A stretch of 60,826 nucleotides of DNA, filler included, from Dugesia japonica (taxonomy: Eukaryota), in NCBI GenBank assembly GCA_001938525.1. It is 6 parts of 6 records of this genome, joined end to end, with 100 filler letters (N's around TTAATTAATTAA, not from the genome) between each part and the next. Parts side by side here need not be neighbours in the genome. Positions count along the whole stretch, not along the records: positions 18,568 to 27,864 come from MQRL01461259.1; positions 27,965 to 40,795 come from MQRL01589144.1; 4 more parts are not named here. One strand, 5' to 3'. Below are positions 27,153-40,520 of the stretch, in pieces; the first letter of the stretch is position 1, and each line of letters opens with the position of its first letter. The translations under genes were made by a program, and so were the position numbers. Below the pieces are notes generated by a model. That model was not told the DNA's origin. It did no database searches and worked only from the letters and a program-made list of their open reading frames with translations.

Positions 27153-27842
27153 ATGGTTGAGCGTACTCAAGCAGAAAGCTATAATTTAAATGAGCGAATG
27201 CAAGCTTTTGATAATTCAAATGAAGATTTAAATAAAAATATTTATCCAAACATAAATCAAAATATCAATGAATATATATACAAGGATCATAAATTTACTA
27301 TTCAAGATTTTAAAATTAGATTTTCAAATTTAAGAATTGTAGATTTTGAATCAGATTTATATTATATTGATGATAAGATTAAACATTATAAAAAGATTTT
27401 AAAAGATGGTCAAGTTTAGATACTTCAATAAGATTAACAGAAATATTTATTGGAACATGTGTTGGAATAAGTGGAGCAGTTTTAACTTCTTTAGGGACTT
27501 TTGGTGTTGGTACAAGTTTAATTCCTTTAATCTTAATTATAACAGTTTTGTGAATTCATATAATTGGAAGTTTAAATTCATGTTTAATTAAATTAAAAAA
27601 GAAGAAATATCAAAATTTAATTCATGAGTTAGAAACTATAAAATATAAATTATTTTTATTTCACCACAAAGCTCTTAGTGAGTGATGAAATTGCTATAAG
27701 CAAAAATATGATTAAACAAATTAAAGATTTTATTTCACATGAAAAAATTAAGAATGATAATTATAATAATGATATTTTAAAAAAACTTGAAGATCAAATT
27801 GAAAATCAACAAAAAGTAATTGATAAATTAATAAAGTATTAA
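27153..27842 (+). pseudogene. Maverick-associated two-TM coiled-coil protein, frameshifted
   Basis: IKHYKKIL(fs)KRWSSLDTSIRLTEIFIGTCVGISGAVLTSLGTFGVGTSLIPLILII..KLKKKKYQNLIHELETIKYKL..HKALS. Confidence 0.55.
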
Positions 27843-29061
27843 ATTTGAGCTCTTTTCAATTGATNNNNNNNNNNNNNNNNNNNNNNNNNNNNNNNNNNNN
27901 NNNNNNNNTTAATTAATTAANNNNNNNNNNNNNNNNNNNNNNNNNNNNNNNNNNNNNNNNNNNNTAAGTAGAAAAATACTTAACGCCTTTAACGACAAAG
28001 GAGTTTAACAATAACAGATTAGTAAAACCAAAAGAATTATTATATGATGATTTACCTTAAACTAGATGTTTTCTTTTTGGCAGACTTTTTTCAAAAATTT
28101 CGAGAATAGACACACAACAGATTTGAGCCTTTAACATTCTTCGGTATTCCAGGCAGGAGCCGGGCATCAGCTCCTTACAAATTGCTTAAAANNNNNNNNN
28201 NNNNNNNNNNNNNNNNNNNNNNNNNNNNNNNNNNNNNNNNNNNNNNNNNNNNNNNNNNNNNNNNNNNNNNNNNNNNNNNNNNNNNNNNNNNNNNNNNNNN
28301 NNNNNNNNNNNNNNNNNNNNNNNNNNNNNNNNNNNNNNNNNNNNNNNNNNNNNNNNNNNNNNNNNNNNNNNNNNNNNNNNNNNNNNNNNNNNNNNNNNNN
28401 NNNNNNNNNNNNNNNNNNNNNNNNNNNNNNNNNNNNNNNNNNNNNNNNNNNNNNNNNNNNNNNNTATGTAAATGTGTTTATTTAATTTCGATAAGATTTT
28501 AGAATAGTGCAGAACATTAGAATTGGAATCATTGTCATATGGTTATTCATTAGTGAATTCATATGGGAATTCCTGATGATATTCACAATTATCTTAGTGA
28601 TTAAGAGAAAATCAAAATATCGACTAGTATCTAGATATTCCAAATTACTTAATTACTTATGTCATTATCTCCTTTACCATCAAGAACATAAATTTTCGTA
28701 TTTCGTGGTTTTTATTTTATAATGTGGTCCGTTTTTAGTTTCATTTTTTCTACTGCGCTCACACTTTCTGCGCTCCAACTGTTGTATTTCAGATTTTTCC
28801 TTAAATGGGAAATGATAAAATATTTACCTGAGTTTCAGCTTCATTTCCACTAACTTTTTAAATCTGATTATAATTTGTTCAATGTTCGTTGTTATAAGTT
28901 CTAACCATGTTTCTGACTCTAACAAGTCATAGTACTTTATGATACTTTTAATAATAAAAGTTCAATTAAAACAAAAAATTATTAAAAATAAATAAAACAA
29001 AATATATAAATGACAAAAATCAGAATAAAAAATTTCAAAAAGTTATTCTTATTAATTAATT

Positions 29062-30156
29062 TCACTCTAATTTTATCTTTTTGCAATTATTTAAATTGTT
29101 TTCTGTTGAATTTGATCGTTTTAATGAAACAATTTTGTTTACGTTATTATTTGAACTATTTGATAATAATTTCTCTTTATTTTTTATCCAATATAAAATA
29201 GTTGATAATGAAACATTTAAATCACTAGCAAGTGTTGTTATTGTTTCTCCATTTTCGTATCTTTTAATTGCTTTTAATTTATCTAAAATTGGTATATTAG
29301 ATTTTGGTAGTTTCTTTATTCCGATAAATACATTTTCTTCATTTATTTCTTCAATAAAATTATAAAAATTTTTATTTGTCTTTACTCCTTGGTCATCAAT
29401 GAAATTTTCAGAAATATTTAAAAAAGATTTTTGTAATTTGTCTTGATTATTATACCAACTATAAATAGTTTTTTTACTTACTTTAAAAGCACAACTGAGG
29501 CTTTTCAATGTTTCTCCTTTTTTATATCTTTGAATTACTTTTAACTTTTCTAAAATTGATTGTAAAGATTTTGGCCGATACTTTATAATGTTGAAAATAT
29601 TTTCTTCAATTATTTTGTGTTCTTCTTTTTTATTGAAATCAGATAAAGTTTTATTTTCATTTACTACATCAATTGAAAATTCAGAAGAAGATTTTGAATA
29701 TTTCTTCTTTAATTTTTCTTTATTATTATACCAATATAAAATAGACGATTCACATACTTTAATATCACAACTAATGCTTTTCAATTTTTCTCCATTTTCA
29801 TATCTTTTTACAGCTTCTAACTTCTTAAAAATTGGTATTTTTACTTTAATTTCTTTTTTCTGTTTGTTTTCAATATTTTCATTTAATATTATTTGTTCAC
29901 CAATCAAATTTCTAGAAATTTCTGAAATTAATTGATCTTTATTATTTCCCCAAATGAAAGATTTTGATGAATTTACATTTAATTCACAACCAACTCTTTC
30001 AATTGTTATTTCATTTTCACTTTGTTCTTCTGTTTTGGATTTTTGCAAAAGTGGTTTTTGTTTTGAAATTAATATTTCAATTTCTAAATTTTTCTCACGA
30101 ATTTCTATTTGATTTTCTGTTTGAAATTCTTCAGAAATACTAGTATTATCTTTCAT
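29062..30156 (-). CDS. Intronless protein with three tandem CENP-B N-terminal/pipsqueak-type HTH DNA-binding repeats
   Basis: Intact 364-aa ORF in aaaATG context. Three repeats of K(L)..(V/I).RY..GE....(I/L).....VS..(T/S)I..W..N..KL, and a basic C-terminus KKIK. Confidence 0.85.
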   Translation of the reverse strand: MKDNTSISEEFQTENQIEIREKNLEIEILISKQKPLLQKSKTEEQSENEITIERVGCELNVNSSKSFIWGNNKDQLISEISRNLIGEQIILNENIENKQKKEIKVKIPIFKKLEAVKRYENGEKLKSISCDIKVCESSILYWYNNKEKLKKKYSKSSSEFSIDVVNENKTLSDFNKKEEHKIIEENIFNIIKYRPKSLQSILEKLKVIQRYKKGETLKSLSCAFKVSKKTIYSWYNNQDKLQKSFLNISENFIDDQGVKTNKNFYNFIEEINEENVFIGIKKLPKSNIPILDKLKAIKRYENGETITTLASDLNVSLSTILYWIKNKEKLLSNSSNNNVNKIVSLKRSNSTENNLNNCKKIKLE

Positions 30157-31049
30157 TTTAACAATGTTTTAATTATATTTAATTGATTTATAATAATAGA
30201 AAATTAATAATAATAAATTTTATATTTGATTAATTTTATTGGATAAAATTTTAAAAAATAATTACTAAATAATATAAATTAATTAAATTAATGTGATTAA
30301 GAGAACTTCCAATAAAACAATTCAAAAAATTTGATTCTTTCAATATCTCNNNNNNNNNNNNNNNNNNNNNNNNNNNNNNNNNNNNNNNNNNNNNNNNNNN
30401 NNNNNNNNNNNNNNNNNNNNNNNNNNNNNNNNNNNTTAAATTTAATTTAAATTTAATTCATTAAAATGAATTAATAGTAACAACTATCTATTTGGTGGCA
30501 CAACCACGAAAATAGAGCGTCATACTCAACAAAAATTACCTGACAATTTTTATGATCTACAAGTTTCCTGGGAGCTATATAAACTGGCAAATAGAAGATA
30601 GGGACACATAAATCAGAGGCTCGTTTCTATGTAGATTCTTATAGAAAATTAATTTAAATTGAAAATTTTTGAAATGTGTAATTATTAATTGTAAAAATTG
30701 TTTTAAAAATTCGAATTGTCATAAATTAATATAATTTTATTCAACTCAATTCTCATTGTTATACTATTTTTTAAAATTATTTATTTTAAATTATTATGTT
30801 ATTAAATTATAATAATAATAATAATAAATTATTTAAATAATTATTCGAAATTTTTTGAAAATTTTTGTTCTAATTAATTTTTATTATTTTCTATATAATT
30901 AAAAATAATACATTAAAATTATTTATTTTTTCATTAAATTTTATCAAAAAGCTTCTTTCATTTCATATCAAAAATTTTCGTTTATTTCGTTTTTTCTAAA
31001 ATTTTTAAAATTTAATTTATTGATATTAATATTTTTAAAATTTTAATTA

Positions 31050-31812
31050 TTATAATTGCTGTTTTTTTAGGATTTGGATGTTTAAATCTTTCTCTGATCT
31101 CTACAACCCCGCTCTCATTTTAAATATTTTCATTGTCATGTCTAGGGGCATACCTAAAAAACACAAGCATTTGTGTCAACTCTGTGACATGCCCCTCTTT
31201 TCCACGGGTTCAGGGCGACTTTGTGGTATCGCGTCTTACTCCATAACTTTATGAACCCCGACAGCAATCTCTCGCTCATATGCTCAGTATTTCTTATTTT
31301 TAAGACAAGAGTAAATGACCAAAATAAGACTCTGCAAATGTATCAACTCGGTTTAAGTACTCTATGTCAACATTAAACTTCGACCATAATTCAAAAATGC
31401 ATAGTAAACGACGACCACAAAAACATCAAAATAACTCAACGAATTTCGGCTAACATTTATTTACACATCAAGCTATGAGTCCAAATCTACTGATACATAA
31501 TTTTCTTCAGCTTCTGCTGGTACGGATCTGTAATTCAGCCACATCGTTCGGAGAGTAGCTAACAGGAAATTTTTCCGATCTGAGTACGTTTTAATTACGT
31601 CCGCCATAAGCCTATTCGAAAATTGAAGGGACAGTTTTTTATCCTGAGCTGTTCATATTTAGCAGTCTGTTTAACTACCTGCCCCTTCAACCTCAATACC
31701 TCATTTCGGACTTCCCGGCGCTCCTCCTTTAATCGTTTCTGCATTGTGATCACTTACTTTCTTGATACGGTTTCTTCATTACTTTGATTCACTGTGTTGA
31801 GGTTTGCATGCA
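31050..31812 (-). pseudogene. Two decayed orphan ORFs resembling the antisense cassette at 51-55 kb
   Basis: MHANLN..MQKRLKEERREVRNEVLRLKGQVVKQTAKYEQLR..MADVIKTYSDRKN.. coiled coil, stop followed by AATAAA; N-terminus resembles xHSSLN of cassette ORF A. Confidence 0.45.
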
Positions 31813-32914
31813 TAACAAAATATAACACATAACAATCACCATTCGAGTCAACCCCATTCGGACCAATTCGAGTAATTCAACACCAATTCGAGTCAAAATT
31901 AGACAATCAATTCTGTTTTGATAATTTGTGCAATAAAGCAATGACATTTATTTTATTGCGATAATGTGTTCAAAAATCAATGACATTTATTTTTATCAAG
32001 AATTTATGTGACAACTTATTTTAGTTTATTTGACTTTATTTACACAATTTATTTTTATAGATTTTTCGACTTTATACAATTTATTTTTATTTTATTTTAA
32101 TAATTCTAATAATTGGTTTTGTAAATATTTGATAATTCAGTTATGTTATCTGTTCATTTTTGAAATAATATCCGGTATGTTAGAAATCTGATTAATATAA
32201 TAATGTTAATAATTGGTTTTGTAAATATTTGTTTGATAATTTAATATCAAGGAAAAATTGAATGTGTATGTATATCCTTGCATGTGTGTATGTCCTGAAA
32301 AATCAGTATAAATACTGATTAGTTTAGTGGAAAAATCAGACTTTTTAAATTGAGAAAACCTCTCTCTTTGAGTGGCTTTTCTCCTTTTATTAAAATATAT
32401 CGTTTAGTTGTATTGTCATACAGCCATAAATAACATATTTTAAAAGGTGTTTATTTATTTTATTCACATAAGAACTAATACAATATATAACATATTTATA
32501 TTTTAATAGTATATCTCTTATATAATACCATATTTACATACAAGCACTAAAAAACTAAAGAGACTCATTAACAAACATCAACTAAAAAGCGAACCATTAT
32601 TTTTTGTTGAGTTGAAAACCCAACAAATGAAATATAAATGCCGATTATAATAATTATGTCATAAGATAAAGTTGTATAAATAAATTTGATGTAAAATTAT
32701 CTTAATCGTTGCAACTTGAACCACCATAAATAAAATATTCACTCAATGTTATACTGCCTCTGCAGACTACTTTATCATGCTATAAAAAAATGTTGTGACG
32801 TACATATCACTAAATCAGTATTATTATTTTCACAATCAAAACAGAAATGATGAGACAAACCAAGCTTACAAAACTTTCTATTAATAAGATTATATCATCA
32901 TCAATCAAAAAATG

Positions 32915-33590
32915 GTCTAGACTTAACAGTGCGAGATCCTTCATCTGCATGAGCTCCTGGATCATACGAGCTTCCTCGGCTTAATCTTCATCTACACTTA
33001 CTCCGACCACAGTCCGTACATTGGTTATGAGTAGTTCCACCTCCTTCGCGGGTGCCGGACGCGCTTGAAATTAGTGTTACTTTTCTTCTTGCAGACATCT
33101 TTGTTGGTACTCCACCAAGTGCCAGTTGGCATCTTTAATGGCTATCTGTAGCTGAGATGCCTCCAAGTCTGCCTTTAAGCTTTACGTTATTAAAGCTGCT
33201 TATTCCGCATCTGAGCCAGCATTGTCTGCACTTCTCTCCATTCAAGGTAGTAGTTCCCGTCCTGATCTACATATGACGATGCGGCCGCCTCGACTTGCGC
33301 GTTTACTTCCTGATTTTTATGCATCTAATAAATAATTTAAAAAGTGAGCAGAATATAAACAGAACACAAATTTGTTAAATATTAAACAGGAAATAAACCC
33401 AGACGATGTCTTCGGCCTGCGGCCTATCTGATCTTCATCCCCGCTTCTATTACATGGATCAGAGAATATGCCTACTAACGCAACCATCTTTTCTGGTTCT
33501 GGCTAGTCTAAAGCTCTCTCAAGAATTTCCCTAAACGTTCGACGAATTTGAAACGTGTGATAAAAATCCTCTCTCAAACCAGCACAGTAA
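32915..33590 (-). pseudogene. Decayed orphan ORF pair, GC-richer islands with a ttattag|ATG start
   Basis: tag|ATG CAT AAA AAT CAG.. MHKNQEVNAQVEAAASSYVDQDGNYYLEWREVQTMLAQMR.. with in-frame stops. Confidence 0.4.
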
Positions 33591-33859
33591 ATTAAATTTT
33601 ATCGAGTTATTCATTATTCAACTTAATTACAAATGTAAATTAATAAATATGGTTCTAATAAAGTTAACAAAGATTAAAATATAAAACCATAATATTTTCA
33701 ACACCGGGATTGTTAACTGAAATCATTTATATAATCACAATGATCAAAATATTAAACCACAAAAAAAATTTAATTAGTTACGAATCGTAAATTGTCTGAA
33801 CACAATCTCATTTTGTCATTTAATAGTTTGAGCCTTCTTTATTTGACTATTCCAATTTT

Positions 33860-34230
33860 CTATCGTTTCACTTTTGTAAATCATGATTGTCATTCTCGCA
33901 ATGTTTGCTGGACTCTCGTTCTCGTAACTTTTGATTGCATCTCTTGAACTATTTTCTAGCATTCCATTTTTGTCACTCACGATAGAAATTCTCGCAATAC
34001 TTCTGGCATATCTTTCTTGTAACGTCTCATTGTCATATTTTCGGTCTTATCATTCTCGTCACGTTTCCTTGTAATTCTCGTAATATTTTCTGTCGTATCG
34101 TCTTGTTACGCCTCATTGAACTTTTCGTAATATTTTTTTGTCAAATTATTTTTGTCACGTCTCATTGACATTCTCGAAATGTTCTCTGATATATTATTTT
34201 TGTCACGTCTCATTGAAAATCTCGAAAAAT
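33860..34230. repeat. Degenerate ~50-bp tandem repeat
   Basis: recurring tgtcacgtctcattga / attctcg motifs. Confidence 0.65.
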
Positions 34231-34295
34231 AAATACTTCGATACAATTCTATTTGAATAGCTATTATTTAGAAATTTATTTTTGATAAACCTGAG

Positions 34296-34962
34296 TAGGG
34301 GTTCAAACTATTCGTCATTTTCAACTATCCGGATATCGAATAATAAAACTGAATCTATACGGATAGTTTTAGTAAGTATAAAAATAACAAAACACTACTA
34401 TATATATATAAGTTTATATACTAAAATAATACATTAAAAACAATTTCATTTGTAATATAAGTCATTTATTCAGATTTTAAAAAGTATTTAAAATCTTTTT
34501 TCAGATTATTTGTATTGTCATTTGTATTGTCATCAGTTTCCGCGAGAGATAAAATAAAATTACGCATTTCATGTTGCAATTCGGAAGTCAAAAAAGAAAG
34601 AGGTGTTACTTCCACATCAGAGTCCTAAGTGATTTCATCATTACTAGATAACAAATTTGGGTGAATTCTGTCAATAATAATTTGTGCCAAAGAAATGGCC
34701 TCATATTTATTTGAGTATTGAAGATGTTCATTAGAACTGGGGACATTTCCATTTTGCAGATATATCATGAGTGTGATTATTTTTTGTATGTGTGCGTTCG
34801 CTCATTTCTAAGTAATGGTATTCATATCATCTTTCGTCGATTTTGTAAAATATTTCATTAAAGGTTACAACGAATACTATCCAGATATTTCCTTAATTAT
34901 CTGGATATCGAATAGTTAAAAAAGGACCGGATATATCCGGATATCCGAGTTAGAATCCCCAA
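34296..34962 (-). mobile_element. Non-autonomous hAT-like element
   Basis: TIR taggggttcaaact / agttagaatccccaa; subterminal tatccggatatc repeats at both ends. Confidence 0.6.
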
Positions 34963-34969
34963 ACAGGTA

Positions 34970-37110
34970 CTGTTATCAAGATTATAGAAATGAGATCCCT
35001 AATGAAAATTTACGAGGACAAGGAACATCGTACCAACGAATTGTTGAAAAGGAAGGTATTTGTGATACAAAAAAGATGAGTTATGCAAATGTAGTTAAAC
35101 CATACATAAATAGAGTTAAAGAGGATAAACATAAAATACCTTTTAATAATTTGTCAGTAAAAAGAGTATATGAGAGGAGCACCCAACCAGTGATAATGGA
35201 AGATAGAACACAGGTGATGAGGCCAAAACCGACAAAATCGATGAAATAATTGACAAGATTTTATTTTAATAGACAAAGAAGATTTCCAGAACCTCGTGAA
35301 GAGAAACACCAAGAGTAACAATGTTATTGCTGTTGAGAACATAAGCATAAACGATACCAATGCCCGTTAAAAGACAAATTTTTAATTTGCGGCACGTCTG
35401 GACATAACTTTAGGTCTTGTTCGATTTTACTGGGTTCGTCTAACAGAAGGAACATTAAAGTTTTGTGTATTCAAGAAGAATTAGACTATTCAAAAGATGA
35501 CGATGAGAGTGTGAAAGATCATGTTGTAGTAATGGCAAAAAACAAGAACGACTCCATTGCTTAGATTTTGTCGATGGAGTCAGTATAGAAAAAGACGAAA
35601 TAAATCGAGAGTGGAGACGAGTAAATGTTAATGGAGTAAAGTTAGAGGTGTTGTGGGATTCATGAGCTTCGGCGAAAGTCATGAGTGAAAACTATTGGAT
35701 TAAAATTGAAAAACCGTTGTGGTCAATGTTTAATATCAGATTAAATGGAGCATTTAATAAAGACAGATAAAAACCGTTTGGCATAGCAGAATTAAGTATA
35801 CAGTGGAAAAGAAAGTCAGAAAATTTAAAGTCATCATAGTTAGACAGATCCACCAAGAATTAATAGGCGGTATTGATACAATGCAAATTTTTAAAGTGAA
35901 ATTAACAGAAATAAATAACATCAAAAATGAGAGTCTGAAGATAACAGATTCTGATGAAGATAGAAAAAATAACGCGTTGAAATTTTTTTAATAACAGAAA
36001 AATGGTTCAGTTGATTCATAATCTTCGTGAGATATTCAAAGCTTCAAAGTTCGACATTAGGCATACGAGAAAAGCAATACATGAAATAAAAGTTAATAGA
36101 GATCCAATAGTTCAGTACCCTAGAAGAAAGCCAATGCCTTTAAAAAAGAAAATTGAAGATATGGTTAAAGAATTAGAAAAGATTGGTGTGATTAGTAAGT
36201 ATTATAGTCCTTGGAATTCCCCTTTAGTGATTGTGAGTAAAAAGGATGGCTCGATAAAGATGTGCGTGGATTACAGAAAATGGAATTTGAGGACAGAAAA
36301 GGTGTCTTTTCCAATACCAAACATGCATTTATTATTAGATTATTTATCTGGCTGGGAAATATTTTCATCGATTGATCTAAGCCAGGCTTGTAATAAAGTG
36401 GAGTAAGCGGAAAAGTCAAGGGTTGTCACTGCTTTTAGAACAAAGGAAAGCCAATTCAGATTTAACCGAATTCCTTTTGGAGTAGTTACAACACCGATCA
36501 CATTTCAAAATTTAATGCACTAGTTATTGGATGGATTAATTTTCAAAGGAGTTATTGTATATCTAGTCAATATTTTGTTGTACGTAAAATCTTTGGAGGA
36601 TCACGCCAAAATGTTATAGACAGTCTTTTACAGGATCAGAGACTCGGGATTAAGAATAAATACGGAGAAAAAAAGTTTTATCAGAAAGAAGTTTTATTCT
36701 CGATGCATACAGTGATTGCAACTGGTAAATGTACTATTGAATTTAAGATTTAGGAGATTAAGGATGCTATAGTTCTAGAATGTTCTTCAAAACTTCGTTC
36801 GTTTCTTGGACTAACAAACTACTACAGACGTTTCATAAAATATTATGCAAAGATAGCAGCTCCTATATATGAAGCAACTTCAGGTTGCAACAAACTGTTA
36901 GTTTGAACAGATGCATACCAGAACAGTTTCAATGCGTTAAAGGACAATTTATGTAGTGCTCCAGTATAAGAATATCCAAGGGAGGTTCGGGTGTTCATTT
37001 TAGACACTGGCGCCAGTTTTAGTAATATGGGTGCACTCCTTAGTCAATGCGAAGAGGAAAAGAGAGTGGCGTGTGTATTCAGACATTTGACAGCTTATAA
37101 AAATATAGAA
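34970..37110 (+). mobile_element. Degenerate Ty3/Gypsy gag-pol (zinc knuckle, protease, RT, RNase H), truncated
   Basis: CGTSGHNFRSC knuckle; LWDS*AS protease; SPWNSPLVIVSKKDGSIKMCVDYRK RT; LRSFLGLTNYYRRFI; ILDTGAS RNase H. Confidence 0.92.
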
Positions 37111-37151
37111 ATAATTTCTTAATAACAATGCAATGACAAGTTGTAGAGTTA

Positions 37152-38442
37152 TACAGCGTGTGAGAAAAATAAGTAACTATCAGATTTTAAAATTTTATAT
37201 TGTTAAATGTATTTGAAATAATATTGCAAATATTTAACACAATAAAATTCAAATATTAAAATTTAATATTTTTCTACAGAACATCCATTAAAATCGATAC
37301 AAGTTTGTAAACGATTATAAAAAGAAGTCATAGCATTTTCATACATTTCCAGTGGTACTTTAGCTGCCTCTTCTTCAATTAAATCTTTCAGGTCTTGGAT
37401 CGTCTTTGGTTTTCATATATAAACCTTTGTCTTCAAGTATCCCCAAAGAGAAAAATCCATTGATGAAAGGTCTGGTGATCTCGCAGCCCAATTGAATGAC
37501 CCACATCTTCCAATCTGCCTTCCTGGAAATGTTGTGTTCAAAAAATGTCTAGACTGAAGCGAGTAATGAGCAGGCTGTCCATCCTGTTGAAAAGTTAATT
37601 TCAATATTGTTCTGAGACGAAGTTGAAGCATGAGCTAAGATTTAAGAATCTCTAAATAATTAGAGCCATTCACATATTCATGAAAGAAGAAGGGAATACT
37701 CATCCAAGCAGTAACCTTTAGATTGGAATGGCATATTTGGATTATTACATTGGGCGGTTCAGTTCCCCAAATTCCGCAAGTTTGTCTATTGACAAATCGA
37801 TTTAAATAAAAAGTGGCTTCATCAATGCAAATAAGATTTTCTAGAAACTCTGAATCATTGTAGATTTTATTAAGTAATGTTTGATACATTCCTATGCTTT
37901 CAGCATAATTCTCATCATGCAGCAGATAGAGCACTTCAATTTTTATGGAAAAAATGAAGTTTACGTCGTAGTACATTATGTACTGTTTTGAAACTGCATT
38001 CAACTTCCTTAGCAGCATTTCTGGTAGAAGTCATAGGAGCTTCTGCATAAATTTCACAAATTTCATTCATTTTTCTGTCATCAATTGAAGGTTTTCTAGT
38101 GTTGTGAATATCGCAAGCACTGCCAGTCTTTTGAAATTTTGTAAATATGTCTTTATCGTATATTTTTCCATTTGATATTTTTTAAATGTCGTTGAACTAA
38201 TGTCGCTGAATTCTTCTAAGCCATCAACAATACAATTTCAACTCTTTCTTCAATAGTGAAAAATATACAAACTTGAATTCACCGCACCTAAATGTTTTTT
38301 GTATTAATTTATTTAAACAGTTTTACACTTAGAAAAGATTTTGAAATTCTATTTTTATATAAAGTAAAATTGGTAAAATGAAATTATAAAATAAACGTTT
38401 GGTAGTTTTAAAATCTAGTATTTACATTTTACACACCCTTTA
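37152..38442 (-). mobile_element. Near full-length degenerate Tc1/mariner-superfamily element
   Basis: DEATF..VNRQTCGIWG, FQQDGQPAH and WAARSPDLSSMDFSLWGYLKTKVY motifs; TA-flanked TIRs cagcgtgtg../..cacaccctt. Confidence 0.9.
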
Positions 38443-39078
38443 TTTAAGACAACATACACAAATATTTCAATTTACAACTCCTATCAGACATGCAATTATT
38501 TTGGACCGATTGATGTATGTAATCAACTGGCATAAAGCACCAATATTAAAATTAGTAACAGTTGTATGCAGGCAATGCCATATTGAATAAAACCTAACTG
38601 TGACATCGATTTTTATAATTGCATGTCGCCGTTTTGGTTCGTGTCATCTCGTTCTTTAATCTTGGTATTAGAAAAATACTGTTGTACTGATAATATGCGA
38701 CTGTCAGTTTTCAAGTGACTTGTTCTGAGAGATATAAATTGTTCTTTGATTTTGATATTTAAATGTTTAAAACTGTAATTATAATAAAGTTTGGGTATTA
38801 ACTCCACACTTTTCAAGCGATCAAATAGAAAAAATCGATCTAATCTCGTCCGTAGCTAGACTGTTATGTCACGTTTCAAAGTGATTTTTAACCAATTTCC
38901 GTATGCGTGGTGATACCATGTGGGAGGTTTACATAAAAATACACTCTGGAAATCAAAGTTTCAAATTACAACGAATGTACGATTAAAACACCTCAGCAGG
39001 TTATAAAAGTGTTTTTGATATCTCAAAGGATTTTTACACAAAACACAGATATATAAGGGAGTGTATGAGAAGTTTGTT

Positions 39079-39538
39079 TAAAGTGACCAGGCGTCCAGGA
39101 TTAAAGATGTACATTTAACAGTGTACCGGAAAACGTCCCATGTTTGGAAATGTAACCTTTTTTGATTTTCTTTTCAAATTTCATTGAATATAATCGCGTT
39201 GTTTAATATATGAATTGAAATTTGAAAATCATTATCGGATGTTGTAAATAAAATATGATCCTAGAATAAGGTGTCCAACTGTTCTTCTTTGTTAAGATCT
39301 GTCCTCCTTTTTGGATAAATTTAATATGTGTTATATCAGTTATTTAAAAAAGGTTTATGTTGCGTATAAATCATGATTGTTCTTGAAGATCCCGTGCTCA
39401 TACACCATGAATAAGGCTATGTGGTACTATCACCCTCCGTTTCTTTTTTTGTTGAGATGTAACTAGTGAGGAGAAATCAAATAAACATTTTTCCTAATAA
39501 TGTCCTACATTCCCACTCAAAATATCTGGTCATTTTAA
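39079..39538. mobile_element. hAT-like MITE
   Basis: Ends taaagtgaccagg / tctggtcatttta with subterminal gtcc motifs. Confidence 0.5.
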
Positions 39539-40149
39539 GTATATGTTATATCCGTCTATGGGCTTTATGTGAGAAAATACGAGTTTTAAGAAAGGGTTAT
39601 TGGTACAAGAAGCCCGCTACAAAATCATTACAAATTTAAATTCAAAGAATGCTATAATTTTATTATCTTGTAAAGTGGATTGAAGTGAGATGAAACTGGA
39701 GCTACGCTTTCTACCCTGACAAAAAAAATGTTCTTTTTAGATGATCCGGATAATTTGTAAGTTATAATTATAAAGTTGGGATTTAACCATCAGCATTTCC
39801 ATACATGAAACTTATGCATACCAAATCTTGTATATGCACATATATATACCCCGTTATACAATAATAAATAATTCAAAGTTGTGTCAAATCTTGGTAAAAG
39901 GTCTTCTTACTCTTTATCATCATTTGTTGTGTATAATTCACAATCTTTAAATTTTTAAATGCATGTTGAAAGTAATTTGTAATGGTTTCTGTGTAACACA
40001 TTACTAAGCCTTTTTTGAAATAACTAATACTTCGTACTATGTTATTTTTATCACTGAAGCATATAGATATGTTTTCACTGAATCTAATTTTATAAGAACT
40101 TTTGAATTTATCACTTTTTATCTATCAAGCTGGCGAATAGGAAAGGGAT

Positions 40150-40520
40150 ATTATACGGGAATGCAGGTTCGTTAACAGACTAGAAAGTAATAGATCCATC
40201 AATGCCACATGGACCATGCCAAGGGGAAGTCAAAGAAACTTAAGACTAAATTGTTAAAAGAACAGATCGACATCTTGGGAGTTAAAAGAGTAAATGTATA
40301 GAAGAATTATAGTGAAAAGGGAAACAACACCTTTAATAACAGGGAAGATGGGTCAAAAAAATTGGAAATATGCCAGTTTTCCTGTCATGCAGAGGCAGAG
40401 AAGAAGAAAGAATATCTGTACACAATATGTTGAAGATTCTTTGAGAAAGGATTAAGAGTTAGTAAGAGGGTTTATGATGCCAGAAAGTGAAAACGAATAC
40501 GGTGGGTACCACAGAGTTTA
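40150..40520 (+). pseudogene. Possible non-LTR retrotransposon endonuclease remnant
   Basis: IDILGV and FVVIFVVWA resemble the APE motifs IDILG.SE and I.VYAP; heavily decayed. Confidence 0.3.

Larger units (their letters stand above)
18719..27842. mobile_element. Decayed Maverick/Polinton (adintovirus-like) element region with nested insertions
   Basis: Cluster of major capsid, core-protein, pre-penton, penton and transmembrane-protein pseudogenes; intronless and densely packed. Confidence 0.8.

Noticed and set aside
28715-28940. Two possible minus-strand exons downstream of the HTH gene
   Set aside because: The implied intron is only ~28 nt and the peptide is unrecognisable
29010-29935. 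Plus-strand ORFs overlapping the HTH gene; likewise 53688-53975, 54324-54521 and 54729-55025
   Set aside because: Antisense shadows of the coding strand that carries the conserved motifs
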